The notes: generated from the letters alone by a model not told the origin. A DNA stretch of 64,000 nucleotides from an uncultured Verrucomicrobiae bacterium (GCA_963765535.1 CAVXWU010000001.1:13960-77959), one strand, 5' to 3'. Shown: positions 1 through 9,469, numbered from the stretch's first letter. Numbers and translations: made by a program.

Positions 1-1
1 C

Positions 2-262
2 AAGTGGCAATACGTCGGAACCACGCTCCAAACCTACGCCACCCCGGAAGCTTGCATCCGGGACCACTCGTGGGGCGTTCAGTTCGAGCCAGATGCGGTG
101 TGGGAGGACGGCTGCCCCGTGGTTCAGGTGGAGTCGACTCCAGCGTCAGGGTTGGAATGCGGGGAATCTGAACCTCCAGGCATGGTGCAGATCAACAGCG
201 CGGATTTCGCCGATCAGATGGAGACACTGCTCAAGCATCTCCGAGCGCTGCACCTGGATTGA
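2..262 (+). CDS. hypothetical protein, 3' end (gene runs off the left edge)
   Basis: Open frame from nt 2 to TGA at 260-262 (...FADQMETLLKHLRALHLD*). No recognisable motif. Confidence 0.35.
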   Translation, partial: KWQYVGTTLQTYATPEACIRDHSWGVQFEPDAVWEDGCPVVQVESTPASGLECGESEPPGMVQINSADFADQMETLLKHLRALHLD

Positions 263-380
263 TCCCTTGGCCTGCGGCTATGCGCTCTCGAACTTCTTGC
301 CGAGGTCGAGCCCAGACGGCAGGCTCTACCTGACCCTCGGATGGTCATAGCAGGCATCGTCGCCGGGTTGGGCGTCCGGG

Positions 381-962
381 GTGATTCACACAATGGAACA
401 GGTCTTTGGTTCGATTTGCGTGCTCTTGCTCGCCGGTCTGCTCATTGGTTGCGGTCGGCATTATCCTGTCACTCCGGAGGGACGCTTGAAGGAGGCAAAG
501 GCCGAACTTGCCGACGCGAAGACGGACCGGGAGAGGTTCTACGCGCTCAACGATGCCGCCAAGGAGAGCTTCGTGGTTGGGAACGTTGAAGATGCCCGAC
601 ATTACGCCACGAACTTGCTGGCCCTCGCCCAGCAGTTTCCCGGCGATTGGAACTACGGCAACGCCGTGCAGGATGGCAACCTGGTCCTTGGCAGAATCGC
701 GGTGAAGGAGGGCCGTCTGGACGACGCCAAGCGCTATCTGCTGGAGGCCGGGAAGAGTTCCGGCTCACCGCAGATGAACAGCTTCGGTCCAAACATGAGC
801 TTGGCCAAGGACCTCCTGGAAAAGGGTGAAAAGGAAGCCGTGCTGGAGTACTTCGGGCTTTGTCGCAGGTTCTGGCAGATGGGCGGGGCCGAGCTTGACC
901 AATGGACCAAAGACGTTGAGGCGGGGAATACGCCTGATTTCGGGGCCAACCTCATCTACTGA
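381..962 (+). CDS. putative lipoprotein with helical-repeat (TPR-like) body
   Basis: 193 aa ORF. N-terminal hydrophobic stretch ends in a lipobox-like LLIGC. The remainder is alpha-helical and repeat-like by eye. Confidence 0.55.
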   Translation: MIHTMEQVFGSICVLLLAGLLIGCGRHYPVTPEGRLKEAKAELADAKTDRERFYALNDAAKESFVVGNVEDARHYATNLLALAQQFPGDWNYGNAVQDGNLVLGRIAVKEGRLDDAKRYLLEAGKSSGSPQMNSFGPNMSLAKDLLEKGEKEAVLEYFGLCRRFWQMGGAELDQWTKDVEAGNTPDFGANLIY

Positions 963-1019
963 CGCCGTCCAGCCATCTTTCGAGACCAGCCGTGGAGCCT
1001 CACCGGCTGTCCGCTCCGA

Positions 1020-1727
1020 TCAGCATCGGTTCAATCCACACCAGCCGCCGCTGAGCGCGGCCCGGTCCGTGGGGTTGATTGCGGACACGAACGACGCCAA
1101 GCGGTCGCCGTCCATCGCGTAGTAGTGCCAACCGACCTTCGCCTTTGGCACCGTGATGGTGGGGCAGCCGGGCAGGTCGGCGACCTTGTGGTCACCGGCG
1201 TCGATGCTGGCAGCGTAGACGTAGCAGATGTCGCGGCCCACTGCCTCCTGCATAAACCCCGCTGGCCAGCCGACCACCATGCTAGGCATTGGCCAGTGGA
1301 GATCATCGAGGGTGAAGTCGTGGGGCAGGTCGGTCGCGGCGACGGCGCGGGCGAATTCGTCTCGGACATAGAAGACGTGAAGACCTTGGTTGATCACCTG
1401 GTAGGCAATGGTGTGGGCGGTGATTTCGGTCGGGACTTGCTGAAGGTTGAGGTCGTCTTTAATCCGGCCTTGGGCGATGAGCAAAAAGAGACCGGTGGAG
1501 ACGCAGTGCGTGGAATGATAGCCCGGCGGCGCTTGGATTCGACGGGGTTCGAGAAGCGGTTCCAGGAAGGTATTTTCCAGGAGTGAGTGGTGTGCCGCTA
1601 AGTGGTCTGACAGTCCACCGATACATTGGGCAACGGGTTTGATCACCCGACGATCCTGCCTGGGCGGAGGCGCAAACCGGAATGACGGCAGACGGTTTTC
1701 CCAGATGGCTTGGTGTGCCTGCGGCAT
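1020..1727 (-). CDS. hypothetical protein
   Basis: 235 aa ORF, the longest in this region. No motif recognised. Confidence 0.45.
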   Translation of the reverse strand: MPQAHQAIWENRLPSFRFAPPPRQDRRVIKPVAQCIGGLSDHLAAHHSLLENTFLEPLLEPRRIQAPPGYHSTHCVSTGLFLLIAQGRIKDDLNLQQVPTEITAHTIAYQVINQGLHVFYVRDEFARAVAATDLPHDFTLDDLHWPMPSMVVGWPAGFMQEAVGRDICYVYAASIDAGDHKVADLPGCPTITVPKAKVGWHYYAMDGDRLASFVSAINPTDRAALSGGWCGLNRC

Positions 1728-2012
1728 TTAAGCGGCCCATCGAAGGAGCCTGTCTGCCGAAAACGACTGGGCCGCCAAGGACTCTACCAAAAACATCTGA
1801 GCCGCGCACGTAGTTAGGTCGATGCACAACGACGCCACGACACGCCAGGCGGACCCCGAGCGTGCCAGACGATTGGTGCAGGCAGTCGAAGGTTTGCCCG
1901 TTTGCAACCTCTACTTCGCCTGGAAAACTCGGGGTGAACGAGGTCTGGAAACTGAGATAGAGAACCGGAGCAGAGCACATGGAAACGAATCAACCCAGAG
2001 CGAGGGCGATCA

Positions 2013-2390
2013 TTGACGCTGCGGTGGGATCACAGTCTGCGGCCCTGGCCACTCGCCCGGCAGGGCGCAGAACCCAGCCAAACCCGCCGACGCCTGTACC
2101 ACATTCCCCACAGCCTCGACCCACGCCAATTCCTGCACTCCATGCACCATGGGAAGGTCGAGGCCGAGGTCGGCCTTTTCGTGACGGTGAACACATGGAA
2201 GACACTGCGCTGGTACTTCACCGAGAGCGAGTTGGTTTACCTGGGCTGGGACAAGGCGAAAGTCCCGATCGTGGCGCTTGAACCCGAGAATCTCTGGGAA
2301 TCCGACCCGAAGGCGCCCGAGTATTACCGTGGCCGCCATCGTGATCTGCCGCCCGAGCTCGCGGCGGTGGTTCAGAAGCCACAACGCTGA
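2013..2390 (+). CDS. hypothetical protein (start uncertain, may be the internal MHHGKVEAEV)
   Basis: 125 aa ORF. The C-terminal two thirds have plausible protein composition. Confidence 0.3.
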   Translation: MTLRWDHSLRPWPLARQGAEPSQTRRRLYHIPHSLDPRQFLHSMHHGKVEAEVGLFVTVNTWKTLRWYFTESELVYLGWDKAKVPIVALEPENLWESDPKAPEYYRGRHRDLPPELAAVVQKPQR

Positions 2391-2633
2391 CCAGGATCTC
2401 CCCAATCATTATCCTCGTCGCTGCAATAATGGCGGCCTGCGGCGGCCCGCTCGATCCTCCTGCTTGTTAACTTTGCGGATCGAATCTGCCGCGAGCCTGA
2501 TGTTTCCGACGCTCCCTGTTTCCGAGCAGGCGATGTCGCCGGTTCCCTCGCGGCCCGAACTGCATAATCTCATTTTCGCATTAAGGCTCTGCTCGCATGT
2601 ACGACCGAATCCAGAGCGGAAACGGCAACCGAC

Positions 2634-3497
2634 TCATCTACGGACAGCGCGGTAGAACCGACGGACGAGTCCTGTACTCTCCTCGTCGACAAACCCCGAG
2701 TGCAGATTCGTTCTCGATAGGTCACCCAGAGATGTCCACTCGGAAAGATCGCCGGAAGCCTGAAGTTCCCGTGCTTCTTCAATAGCCCCTGAAAAGGTAA
2801 TCGAGAGCAAGCCTGATGGGTTCACCGTGGGTGCAAGACGAACCGTGGTAGCGCTGATGAAGTCGGATTGAAGCACGATCCCCTGTCCCACGACGACGAA
2901 TGTCCCATTGCCGTAACACACCCCGAACAAGTGCGCATCTGTGTCGGATTTCCGCCCTAACCAGTTCGACCCGTCGGTCGAGGTTATAATCGCGCCGTTA
3001 ATCCCCACCGTGACGAAAACCCCTTCGGCAAAAGTGCTCGACTCATGAAAGAGGTACGGTGTGGTAATGGCTTGCCAGTGAATTCCATTGGTGGACCTTA
3101 GAAACGTGTCCGTGCCCCCCATTGCAATGAATACCCCGTTGCCGAAATCAATATTCAGCAGGAAATCGCTGCCGGAGGGGTGAGGCGACCAGGAAACACT
3201 GTCCGGGGAAATCCAGATGACACCTTCAGAATCACTGGCTATGAAGTTCCCGTTTCCGAACGCAATCGACCACAACGAATTCGTTCCGGCTGCGTGAAGA
3301 GACCAGTCTTCGAGGTCCGCGGAACGAAGGGCGGCTCCATCGGCACCGATAGCGACAAAAGCACCCTCACCGTAGGCCACACTATTCAAGTGGTTGGAAT
3401 TGCCCGTGGCAGAAGGCGTCCAGGTTATGCCGTCGGCCGAACTCAAGATTGTTCCATTCCACCCCACCGTAACGAACTTTCCTTGCTCATAGATCAC
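2634..3497 (-). CDS. beta-propeller repeat protein with C-terminal ...W..L...RFYR module
   Basis: About six ~40 aa repeats of the form G.F..VG..G.I..S.DG..W. The C-terminus is LQASGDLSEWTSLGDL...LVRRFYRAVRR. There is no signal peptide and the ORF starts inside a repeat. Confidence 0.7.
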   Translation of the reverse strand: MIYEQGKFVTVGWNGTILSSADGITWTPSATGNSNHLNSVAYGEGAFVAIGADGAALRSADLEDWSLHAAGTNSLWSIAFGNGNFIASDSEGVIWISPDSVSWSPHPSGSDFLLNIDFGNGVFIAMGGTDTFLRSTNGIHWQAITTPYLFHESSTFAEGVFVTVGINGAIITSTDGSNWLGRKSDTDAHLFGVCYGNGTFVVVGQGIVLQSDFISATTVRLAPTVNPSGLLSITFSGAIEEARELQASGDLSEWTSLGDLSRTNLHSGFVDEESTGLVRRFYRAVRR

Positions 3498-3955
3498 CTT
3501 ACTGAGCCAGTTGGTCGTGGGAAGGCGGCGGTAAACGCTGCCTGAATGGCGTACGCTTCAGCCGGTAGCAGCAGGAAGGCGTCCGCACCTGCGTCACGGA
3601 CTCGATCGATGAAGTCGGTGCCCTGACGGCTGAAAGCCATCGCCGCCACCGGCATGGCACCCCGAGCCTGGAGCCTGGGCAGCGCGTCAAGGACCGCAGT
3701 CATGCGCGCTGCCGGTGAATTCGTGGGCACGCTGAGGTTGTCGAGAATGATAATCGCGGCGTCGAAGGCGGTGCGCGTGGCGTGGTGGATCAGCACGTCA
3801 AGGGTGGTGGCCACGGTGAAGGTGGCGTTTGGTTCTCGAAGGCTGAAGTGAGTCTGGAGGAGCACGGTGAGGGAATCTTCGTTGTTGCCCAGTAGGACCT
3901 GGTGGTGGTGGCGCATGGCCAGGTAAGTGTGGCCTGCTGAAATGGCACCGGGCAA
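3494..3955 (-). CDS. receiver-like (CheY-fold) domain protein with degenerate active site
   Basis: Pattern is VLLGNNED...AAIIILDNLSVP...PVAAMAFS...GADAFLLLP. The acidic pair and the conserved Lys are replaced. The stop overlaps the next start (ATGA). Confidence 0.45.
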   Translation of the reverse strand: MPGAISAGHTYLAMRHHHQVLLGNNEDSLTVLLQTHFSLREPNATFTVATTLDVLIHHATRTAFDAAIIILDNLSVPTNSPAARMTAVLDALPRLQARGAMPVAAMAFSRQGTDFIDRVRDAGADAFLLLPAEAYAIQAAFTAAFPRPTGSVR

Positions 3956-4040
3956 TGGCGAGTTGTTAACAGGCAGGCGAAAGCCCCCGGCTGGTGCGGC
4001 CTACCGCAAGCCAGCTCTCTAATCCAAGTGATGGTCTGTA

Positions 4041-4268
4041 ATGGTGGAAGGACACTTGCAGGTGAACACTTCGATCATGCTTGCCGCAATGCAGATGGCC
4101 TCGACGCCCGCGCAGTATGCTGTGGGATGGTTTACCCTGTCTCTCATCAACGCCGGACTAGCCCAGGGCAAGGGCCGGAGCGGTCTGGCTTGGTGGCTCG
4201 TGTCGCTGCTGCTCGGGCCGATCGCCACATTCCTGGTCGTGGTCCTCGATCCCGTCAGGCCACAATGA
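4041..4268 (+). CDS. small two-TM membrane protein
   Basis: 75 aa with two hydrophobic helices (GWFTLSLINAGLAQGKGRSGLAWWLVSLLLGPIATFLVVV). Confidence 0.5.
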   Translation: MVEGHLQVNTSIMLAAMQMASTPAQYAVGWFTLSLINAGLAQGKGRSGLAWWLVSLLLGPIATFLVVVLDPVRPQ

Positions 4269-4480
4269 TCATTACCGGAATCATCGCTGGCATCGCAGAC
4301 ATGGTTTTGCTCCTGGTGGGGCTACCGTTTTGTTGTTTCCGACGTGACGCTTGTGTACCTCCTGCACAACCACGCTCCGGAAGGGTGCCGACTGTGGCTT
4401 CTGACCGTGCGGTTCGCGACCGATCTGAACGCCGTTTCCAAATTGCCGCTGGGCTCAACCCGTCATAGGGTCCTGATGTT

Positions 4481-4951
4481 GTGAGGCTGTTCAGGAACCA
4501 ATTTACACGCAGCCACGCCTACATCGCTCTGGCGTTCCTGGTCGTCTTCGGGGGATTCACCTTGTTTCTGGTATACCATGTCGGCGTACTGCACAACGGC
4601 CTTAGCCGGCGAATCATTGCCACCCTGGCTGGCGAGCAGGTTCAGCAACGCACTTTCTTTACCGCCGCCGGGCTGCATACGATGATTGGCGCACAGGATT
4701 ACGCATCTCTAATTGTAAGTCGAAGCCGAAGTCCGAATCATTCAATGTGGCTCCGCATCCTAACTCAGCAGATTGCGGACCCTAATGGAACACTCATGAA
4801 CGTCATGAGACGCCCTGAACGTACGCAGTCGAATCCCGCTCTGGGGATTGACCTATTGAAGATGGGCTACAAATGCACCGAACACGTGACAACTCCGGCG
4901 GCACTGCACGTGGTGCTCACGAAGAAGGAGCAGACCCCTTATGACCATTAA
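4481..4951 (+). CDS. membrane-anchored hypothetical protein
   Basis: 156 aa ORF with an N-terminal TM helix (YIALAFLVVFGGFTLFLVY). Confidence 0.4.
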   Translation: MRLFRNQFTRSHAYIALAFLVVFGGFTLFLVYHVGVLHNGLSRRIIATLAGEQVQQRTFFTAAGLHTMIGAQDYASLIVSRSRSPNHSMWLRILTQQIADPNGTLMNVMRRPERTQSNPALGIDLLKMGYKCTEHVTTPAALHVVLTKKEQTPYDH

Positions 4952-5067
4952 AACGTTCATCGCAATAATTGCGACTGTGGTCGCCAGTATCGCGGCTAAA
5001 ACGACAGTTCAAGCGCAGGAGAAACCAGCCATGCAAACCGAAATACCCAAGCCCAACAAAAGCGGCC

Positions 5068-5871
5068 ATGCTCGTAGTCAACGGAGTGAACTACTATTAT
5101 GCCATCTATGGCAACGGCGATCCTCTGTTGGTGCTTCACGGTGGTTTGCTCCACACCGAGATGTTCGGTGTCACCCTAACCAAACTTGCCGAACACCGGC
5201 AGGTGATCGGCGTTGACCTGCAAGGCCACGGTCGCACTCCGTTGGGCGATCGCGACATCAACCTGACTGCCATGGGCGACGACATGGCCGGCGTGCTGAA
5301 GAAGCTCGGCTACGTCAAGGTTGACGCGCTCGGCTATTCGATGGGCGGTAGCGTCGCGTTCCAATTTGCCGTTCAGCATCCTGAAAGGGTTCGTCGTCTG
5401 GTGCTGGTTTCCACTCCATTCGCGCAGGACGGGTTTTATCCAGAGATGCTGCCGCAACAGGCGGCTTTGAGCGCCGCGATGGCGGAGCAGATGAAGGAAA
5501 CGCCGATTTACAAATCGTACGCCGCGGTTGCGCCGCACCCGGAAGAGTTTCCGAAGTTGCTCGACGCCATGGGCGCATACATGCGCAAGCCTTACGACTG
5601 GTCGGCGGACGTCAAGAAGCTGACCATGCCGGTGATGCTCATTTACGGGGATAGCGACATGGTCCGTCCCGAGCATGAAGTGAAGTTCTACCAGTTGCTC
5701 GGCGGCGGACTGAGGGACGCCGGCTGGCAACGCGAGCACATGTCGCAGAATCGTCTGGCGATCCTGCCGAATCTCACACATTACGAAATCGGAACTGCGC
5801 CCGAGTTGGCCAACACTGCTCTACCGTTCCTGAACGGCTATGAGCGTTCAAAGACCGGAACGAGCAAGTGA
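5068..5871 (+). CDS. alpha/beta hydrolase fold protein (core; see frameshift finding for an upstream signal peptide in another frame)
   Basis: HGG oxyanion motif (LLVLHGGLL), nucleophile elbow GYSMGG, and a C-terminal His region (NLTHYE). The first in-frame ATG is at 5068. Confidence 0.8.
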   Translation: MLVVNGVNYYYAIYGNGDPLLVLHGGLLHTEMFGVTLTKLAEHRQVIGVDLQGHGRTPLGDRDINLTAMGDDMAGVLKKLGYVKVDALGYSMGGSVAFQFAVQHPERVRRLVLVSTPFAQDGFYPEMLPQQAALSAAMAEQMKETPIYKSYAAVAPHPEEFPKLLDAMGAYMRKPYDWSADVKKLTMPVMLIYGDSDMVRPEHEVKFYQLLGGGLRDAGWQREHMSQNRLAILPNLTHYEIGTAPELANTALPFLNGYERSKTGTSK

Positions 5872-5899
5872 GCGAGACGAAACACTTGAAAAACGAACC

Positions 5900-6481
5900 A
5901 TGAGAAAGATCATCGCCATAACGCAACTCACGCTCGACGGCGTCATGCAAGCGCCCGGTGATTCCAAGGAGGATGAGAGGAACGGGTTCACCCACGGAGG
6001 CTGGGCCATGCCCTTCTTTGAGGACGCCCTGAACCAGGCCGTTGACGAGACTATCGCCGGTGAGTTCGACATGCTTCTGGGCCGCCGGACCTACGAAATC
6101 TTCGCCGCCTACTGGCCGAACCAAAACAACTCAATCGCGAAGGCGTTCAACCGGGCGACGAAATTCGTCGTCACGCATAGGCCAGATCAACTCGACTGGG
6201 AAACCTCGGTGCACATCGGCGGCGACATTGTCGAGGAACTCCGCCGGCTGAAGGCATCGGATGGTCCCGAATTGCACATCTGGGGCAGCAGCCAATTGCT
6301 GCAGACGCTGATCGCCGCCGAACTCGTGGACGAGTTTCGCATGTGGATATGTCCGGTGGTGCTCGGCAAAGGAAAGCGACTGTTCGAGAACGGCCTGCCG
6401 TCGCGCGTCCTCACTCTGGTCGAGACGCGAAGCACGCCAAAGGGTGTTCTCATAAATACATACGCGAGGAAGAATATATGA
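5900..6481 (+). CDS. dihydrofolate reductase-like / RibD C-terminal domain family protein
   Basis: MRKIIAITQLTLDGVMQAPGD...LLGRRTYEIFAAYWP...LHIWGSSQLLQTLI, typical of this family. The stop overlaps the next start (ATGA at 6478-6481). Confidence 0.8.
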   Translation: MRKIIAITQLTLDGVMQAPGDSKEDERNGFTHGGWAMPFFEDALNQAVDETIAGEFDMLLGRRTYEIFAAYWPNQNNSIAKAFNRATKFVVTHRPDQLDWETSVHIGGDIVEELRRLKASDGPELHIWGSSQLLQTLIAAELVDEFRMWICPVVLGKGKRLFENGLPSRVLTLVETRSTPKGVLINTYARKNI

Positions 6482-6945
6482 CCAAAGCAACAACTGCATC
6501 CACCGGCCGATTAATCCGGATGGATAACGTCCTCATCGTCGTGGATGACCTGGAGGCCGCGAAGGCGTTCTTCCTTGAGCTTGGCCTGGAGTTGGAGGGT
6601 CAGACGACAATCGAAGGAAGCTGGGTTGACCAAGTCCTCGGTCTCAAGAACGTTCGGAGCGAGATCGCGTTGCTGCGGACTCCAAATGGACATGGGAAAG
6701 TCGAGCTCTCCAAATTCCACAATCCGGCGGTGGTCAGAGGCGAGTCGAAGCACACACCCGTCAATACTCTGGGAATGCGGCGCGTCATGTTCACGGTTGA
6801 AAACCTTGATGCCGTCGTCGGGCGCCTCCGCAAGCACGGCGCTGAACTCGTGGGAGATATTGCGCAATACCAGGACGTGTACCGGCTCTGTTTCGTTCGC
6901 GGGCCGGAGGGCATCATCGTGGGCCTCGCCGAAGAACTCGGCTGA
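6478..6945 (+). CDS. VOC (glyoxalase/bleomycin-resistance/dioxygenase) family protein
   Basis: RMDNVLIVVDDLEAAKAFFLELGLE...VELSKFH...GMRRVMFTVENLDAVVGRLRKHGAEL...VRGPEGIIVGLAE. Confidence 0.8.
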   Translation: MTKATTASTGRLIRMDNVLIVVDDLEAAKAFFLELGLELEGQTTIEGSWVDQVLGLKNVRSEIALLRTPNGHGKVELSKFHNPAVVRGESKHTPVNTLGMRRVMFTVENLDAVVGRLRKHGAELVGDIAQYQDVYRLCFVRGPEGIIVGLAEELG

Positions 6946-6999
6946 CTGCTCAGGCATGACGCATCCCCTGCCATTTACGAAACGGGGTAGAACATAAGA

Positions 7000-7689
7000 A
7001 TGACAATCACGTCCCAACAACATCAGCAACGGCGTTATCTTTCCCGCCGCGCGCGCAACGCACTGCTGACGGCGCACATTATGATTTCGGTTGGATTGCT
7101 GGGTGACTCCGCCGGGTTTCTGGCGGTTGCGATGCGTGCGGCGAATGCAGCCGACAAGGGTGCGATGACTGAAATGGTAAAGGTGCTGAGTATGTTTGCC
7201 TGGACATTTGGTGTTCCATTGAGTTTCGGCGCGCTACTCAGTGGCATCGCGCTCGGCCTTGGAACGCGCTGGGGAGTTCTGCGTTATCCGTGGGTGATGA
7301 TAAAACTGCTGCTGATCGTGACCGTCATTCTGGTCGGGGCACTCGTTATCCGTTCCGCGCTGGCCGACGCGCTTCAACATGGAGGACACGGTCACGGGGC
7401 CGATGGTGGGTGCGGTGGCGCGAGAATGTCAGAGTTGCTGCCTGAACTTCTCGCTGACATTGCTGCCGTGGTCAGGAGCGTTCTTGGCGATAGGCATTCT
7501 GTTCCAGTTGGTGCCGCTGCCCTTTCATCGTTTCGCCAGGGCGGTGCGGTTGACCATGTGGTGTCTGGGCCTCCTCGGATGGTTCGGCGGCGGCGTGATC
7601 TCGTTCGGGCACGCTTTTTCCTGACCTACATCGCGGTCCAAAAAGGGTGTTTCCAACTCGACTCGCGGTCCGTCCTCGCCCACGATTGA
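7000..7689 (+). CDS. integral membrane protein (C-terminal third of uncertain frame)
   Basis: Three clear TM helices in the first 125 aa. After ~7380 the listed frame becomes non-hydrophobic, while the alternative frame 7379-7624 is hydrophobic. Confidence 0.45.
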   Translation: MTITSQQHQQRRYLSRRARNALLTAHIMISVGLLGDSAGFLAVAMRAANAADKGAMTEMVKVLSMFAWTFGVPLSFGALLSGIALGLGTRWGVLRYPWVMIKLLLIVTVILVGALVIRSALADALQHGGHGHGADGGCGGARMSELLPELLADIAAVVRSVLGDRHSVPVGAAALSSFRQGGAVDHVVSGPPRMVRRRRDLVRARFFLTYIAVQKGCFQLDSRSVLAHD

Positions 7690-7815
7690 CAACCCACGGT
7701 CTGCCTGCCCGTCAACTGTTCGTCGATAATCATGATCACTCGACAATCTACGCCAGTTTCCTGCGTGGTATTTGGAAATTGTGGCATCCGTTGCCGCTTG
7801 ATACAGTCGTCCGTG

Positions 7816-8775
7816 ATGAGAAACCCGATGGCGTTCCTTGTGGTTCTCGCCGCAAGCTGCCTGCCCACTCTATCTGAGGGATTTGTCTACCTGGACTTCA
7901 ACGGGCCAACTCGCCTCGTGTTTCAGGCGGATGCGATCCCCACGAATGGCGTCTGTCGACTAACACCTGCCACCAAGGACAAGGTCGGCGGGGTGTGGTA
8001 TGGAGAGCAGATCGACGTCAGCCAGGGCTTCCAGACAACGTTCCAGTTCCAGATCACTGAGCGTGGTGTCTATGGCGCGGACGGACTTGCGTTCGTGTTG
8101 CAGGTGAATCGGACCCCCTCCCTCGGGAAGCCAGGCTGGCAGATGGGTTTTGGAGGCATCTCGAACAGCGTAATCGTCAAGTTCGACAACTATCACTGGA
8201 AGGATAAGGTCTACCAGCGGTATGACGAAATCGCCGTGTCAGTGTGTGGGGATTCGGGTGATTGCGACCCTGATTCGAACGCCGTTGCATCGGTGACCCG
8301 CACTGATCTCTTCTCGGACGGCAAGATACACACCGCTCGGGTCGAGTATGCGGACGGCCAGATGTCCATCTTCCTGGATGATTTCAGGCAGCCGATGCTT
8401 CGCACGCCCTTGCTACTGCCTCCTGCCTTTGATCTGTCTGGTGGGACAGCTTGGGTGGGCTTCACGGCAGCCACAGGCGGCGACTTCCAGAACCATGATG
8501 TCCTGAGTTGGACGTTTGTCGGAGGAGTTCCTGCGAACGAGCAGATGACGAGGGCAGCGCGGGACAATGGCGCTCCTGGAGGCCCCACCCAGCGACTCCT
8601 TCAACTCGTCCCCCAGGACTCGCAGGCTGCACAACCCATAGCCACGGTTCAGAGCGGCCCCATTCTCCTGGCACTTCCGCAGACGGCGGTCGGATCATGG
8701 CGGATCGAAGCGTCAACCAACCTGGTGGATTGGACCGCCACAACGAACATCTCCCTGTACTCTCTCGGACCCTGA
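7816..8775 (+). CDS. secreted L-type (legume-like) lectin domain protein
   Basis: Signal peptide MRNPMAFLVVLAASCL. Lectin-like blocks: GGVWYGEQIDVSQGFQTTFQFQI, GADGLAFVLQ, VIVKFDNY, GTAWVGFTAATGG..QNHDVLSW. The C-terminal W..EASTNLVDWT module has its RFYR tail out of frame (see finding). Confidence 0.7.
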   Translation: MRNPMAFLVVLAASCLPTLSEGFVYLDFNGPTRLVFQADAIPTNGVCRLTPATKDKVGGVWYGEQIDVSQGFQTTFQFQITERGVYGADGLAFVLQVNRTPSLGKPGWQMGFGGISNSVIVKFDNYHWKDKVYQRYDEIAVSVCGDSGDCDPDSNAVASVTRTDLFSDGKIHTARVEYADGQMSIFLDDFRQPMLRTPLLLPPAFDLSGGTAWVGFTAATGGDFQNHDVLSWTFVGGVPANEQMTRAARDNGAPGGPTQRLLQLVPQDSQAAQPIATVQSGPILLALPQTAVGSWRIEASTNLVDWTATTNISLYSLGP

Positions 8776-8951
8776 GTCTGCGAACTTCAATCACCGTTTC
8801 TACCGAATCCTTCAACAGTGACCAGGATCTCGGGCGGCGAAGGTCGGTGCCTGTTGAACGCTGTCAGCGGGTTACACGATGTTTTCAGGGATTGTCGTGC
8901 GGGAGCAGGCTTGGGCGAATCGGCTGACGTTCTACCAAGGACGAAGGAAAA

Positions 8952-9223
8952 GGGGTCGTGTCTATTTATTTTGCAATTCGGCTGTCGCGCGGTCGACTTC
9001 ACGGGACACTGTCCGGTCTGTTCTCCGCCGTTCGCAAAACCCTCTCACCGTCGTCGCCGCGCTCAGATACTCAATCTCCACTCGTTCGCTCAACTCCCGG
9101 GTGCTCAGGCCGCCCACCCGCCCGCCCCAAATACAACACCAGATCCCTTCCGGTGTCTCCATGCCGATCTCATACCCGCCTACGTCACGTCCCGTCAAAT
9201 GAACAATAAATAGACGCGACCCC
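8952..9223. mobile_element. 272 bp MITE-like element (internally deleted IS) with 19 bp terminal inverted repeats
   Basis: GGGGTCGTGTCTATTTATT at 8952-8970 matches the reverse complement of 9205-9223 (GGGGTCGCGTCTATTTATT) at 18/19 positions. The interior encodes an HTH-like remnant on the minus strand (GGLSTRELSERVEIEYLSAATTVRGF). Confidence 0.5.
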
Positions 9224-9469
9224 ACGCCCTAAGCCCACCTCGGCAGCCCAAACAGCCGTCGCTTTGTCGAAAGGAACGACCCGCGATTCAATGACGGATT
9301 CGACGAGCGTGATTTCGTGCGGCTGGACCGGGCCGTTGAGAAACTCCGTCCACGCCAGCGCGCTGGCTGCCACTGATTCTCCAGCCGCAAGCCATTGGTC
9401 AACCCATTGCGCCTCTGGCGAACCAGCCACCGCCAGGCCAATCAGGTAATTCGTGTCGAGTTGAATCAT
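9185..9469 (-). pseudogene. vapC: PIN-domain toxin VapC, C-terminally truncated by the MITE-like element
   Basis: Starts MIQLDTNYLIGL (PIN Asp at position 5). The reading frame runs into the element's inverted repeat after ...AAEVGLGR and stops 12 codons later. The distal PIN acidic residues are absent. Confidence 0.6.

Noticed and set aside
7379-7624. Frameshift in the membrane protein gene 7000-7689, where the alternative frame is more hydrophobic after ~7380.
   Set aside because: I could not find a single junction that yields a clearly better protein. Parts of both frames look plausible. It is recorded only as uncertainty on that feature.
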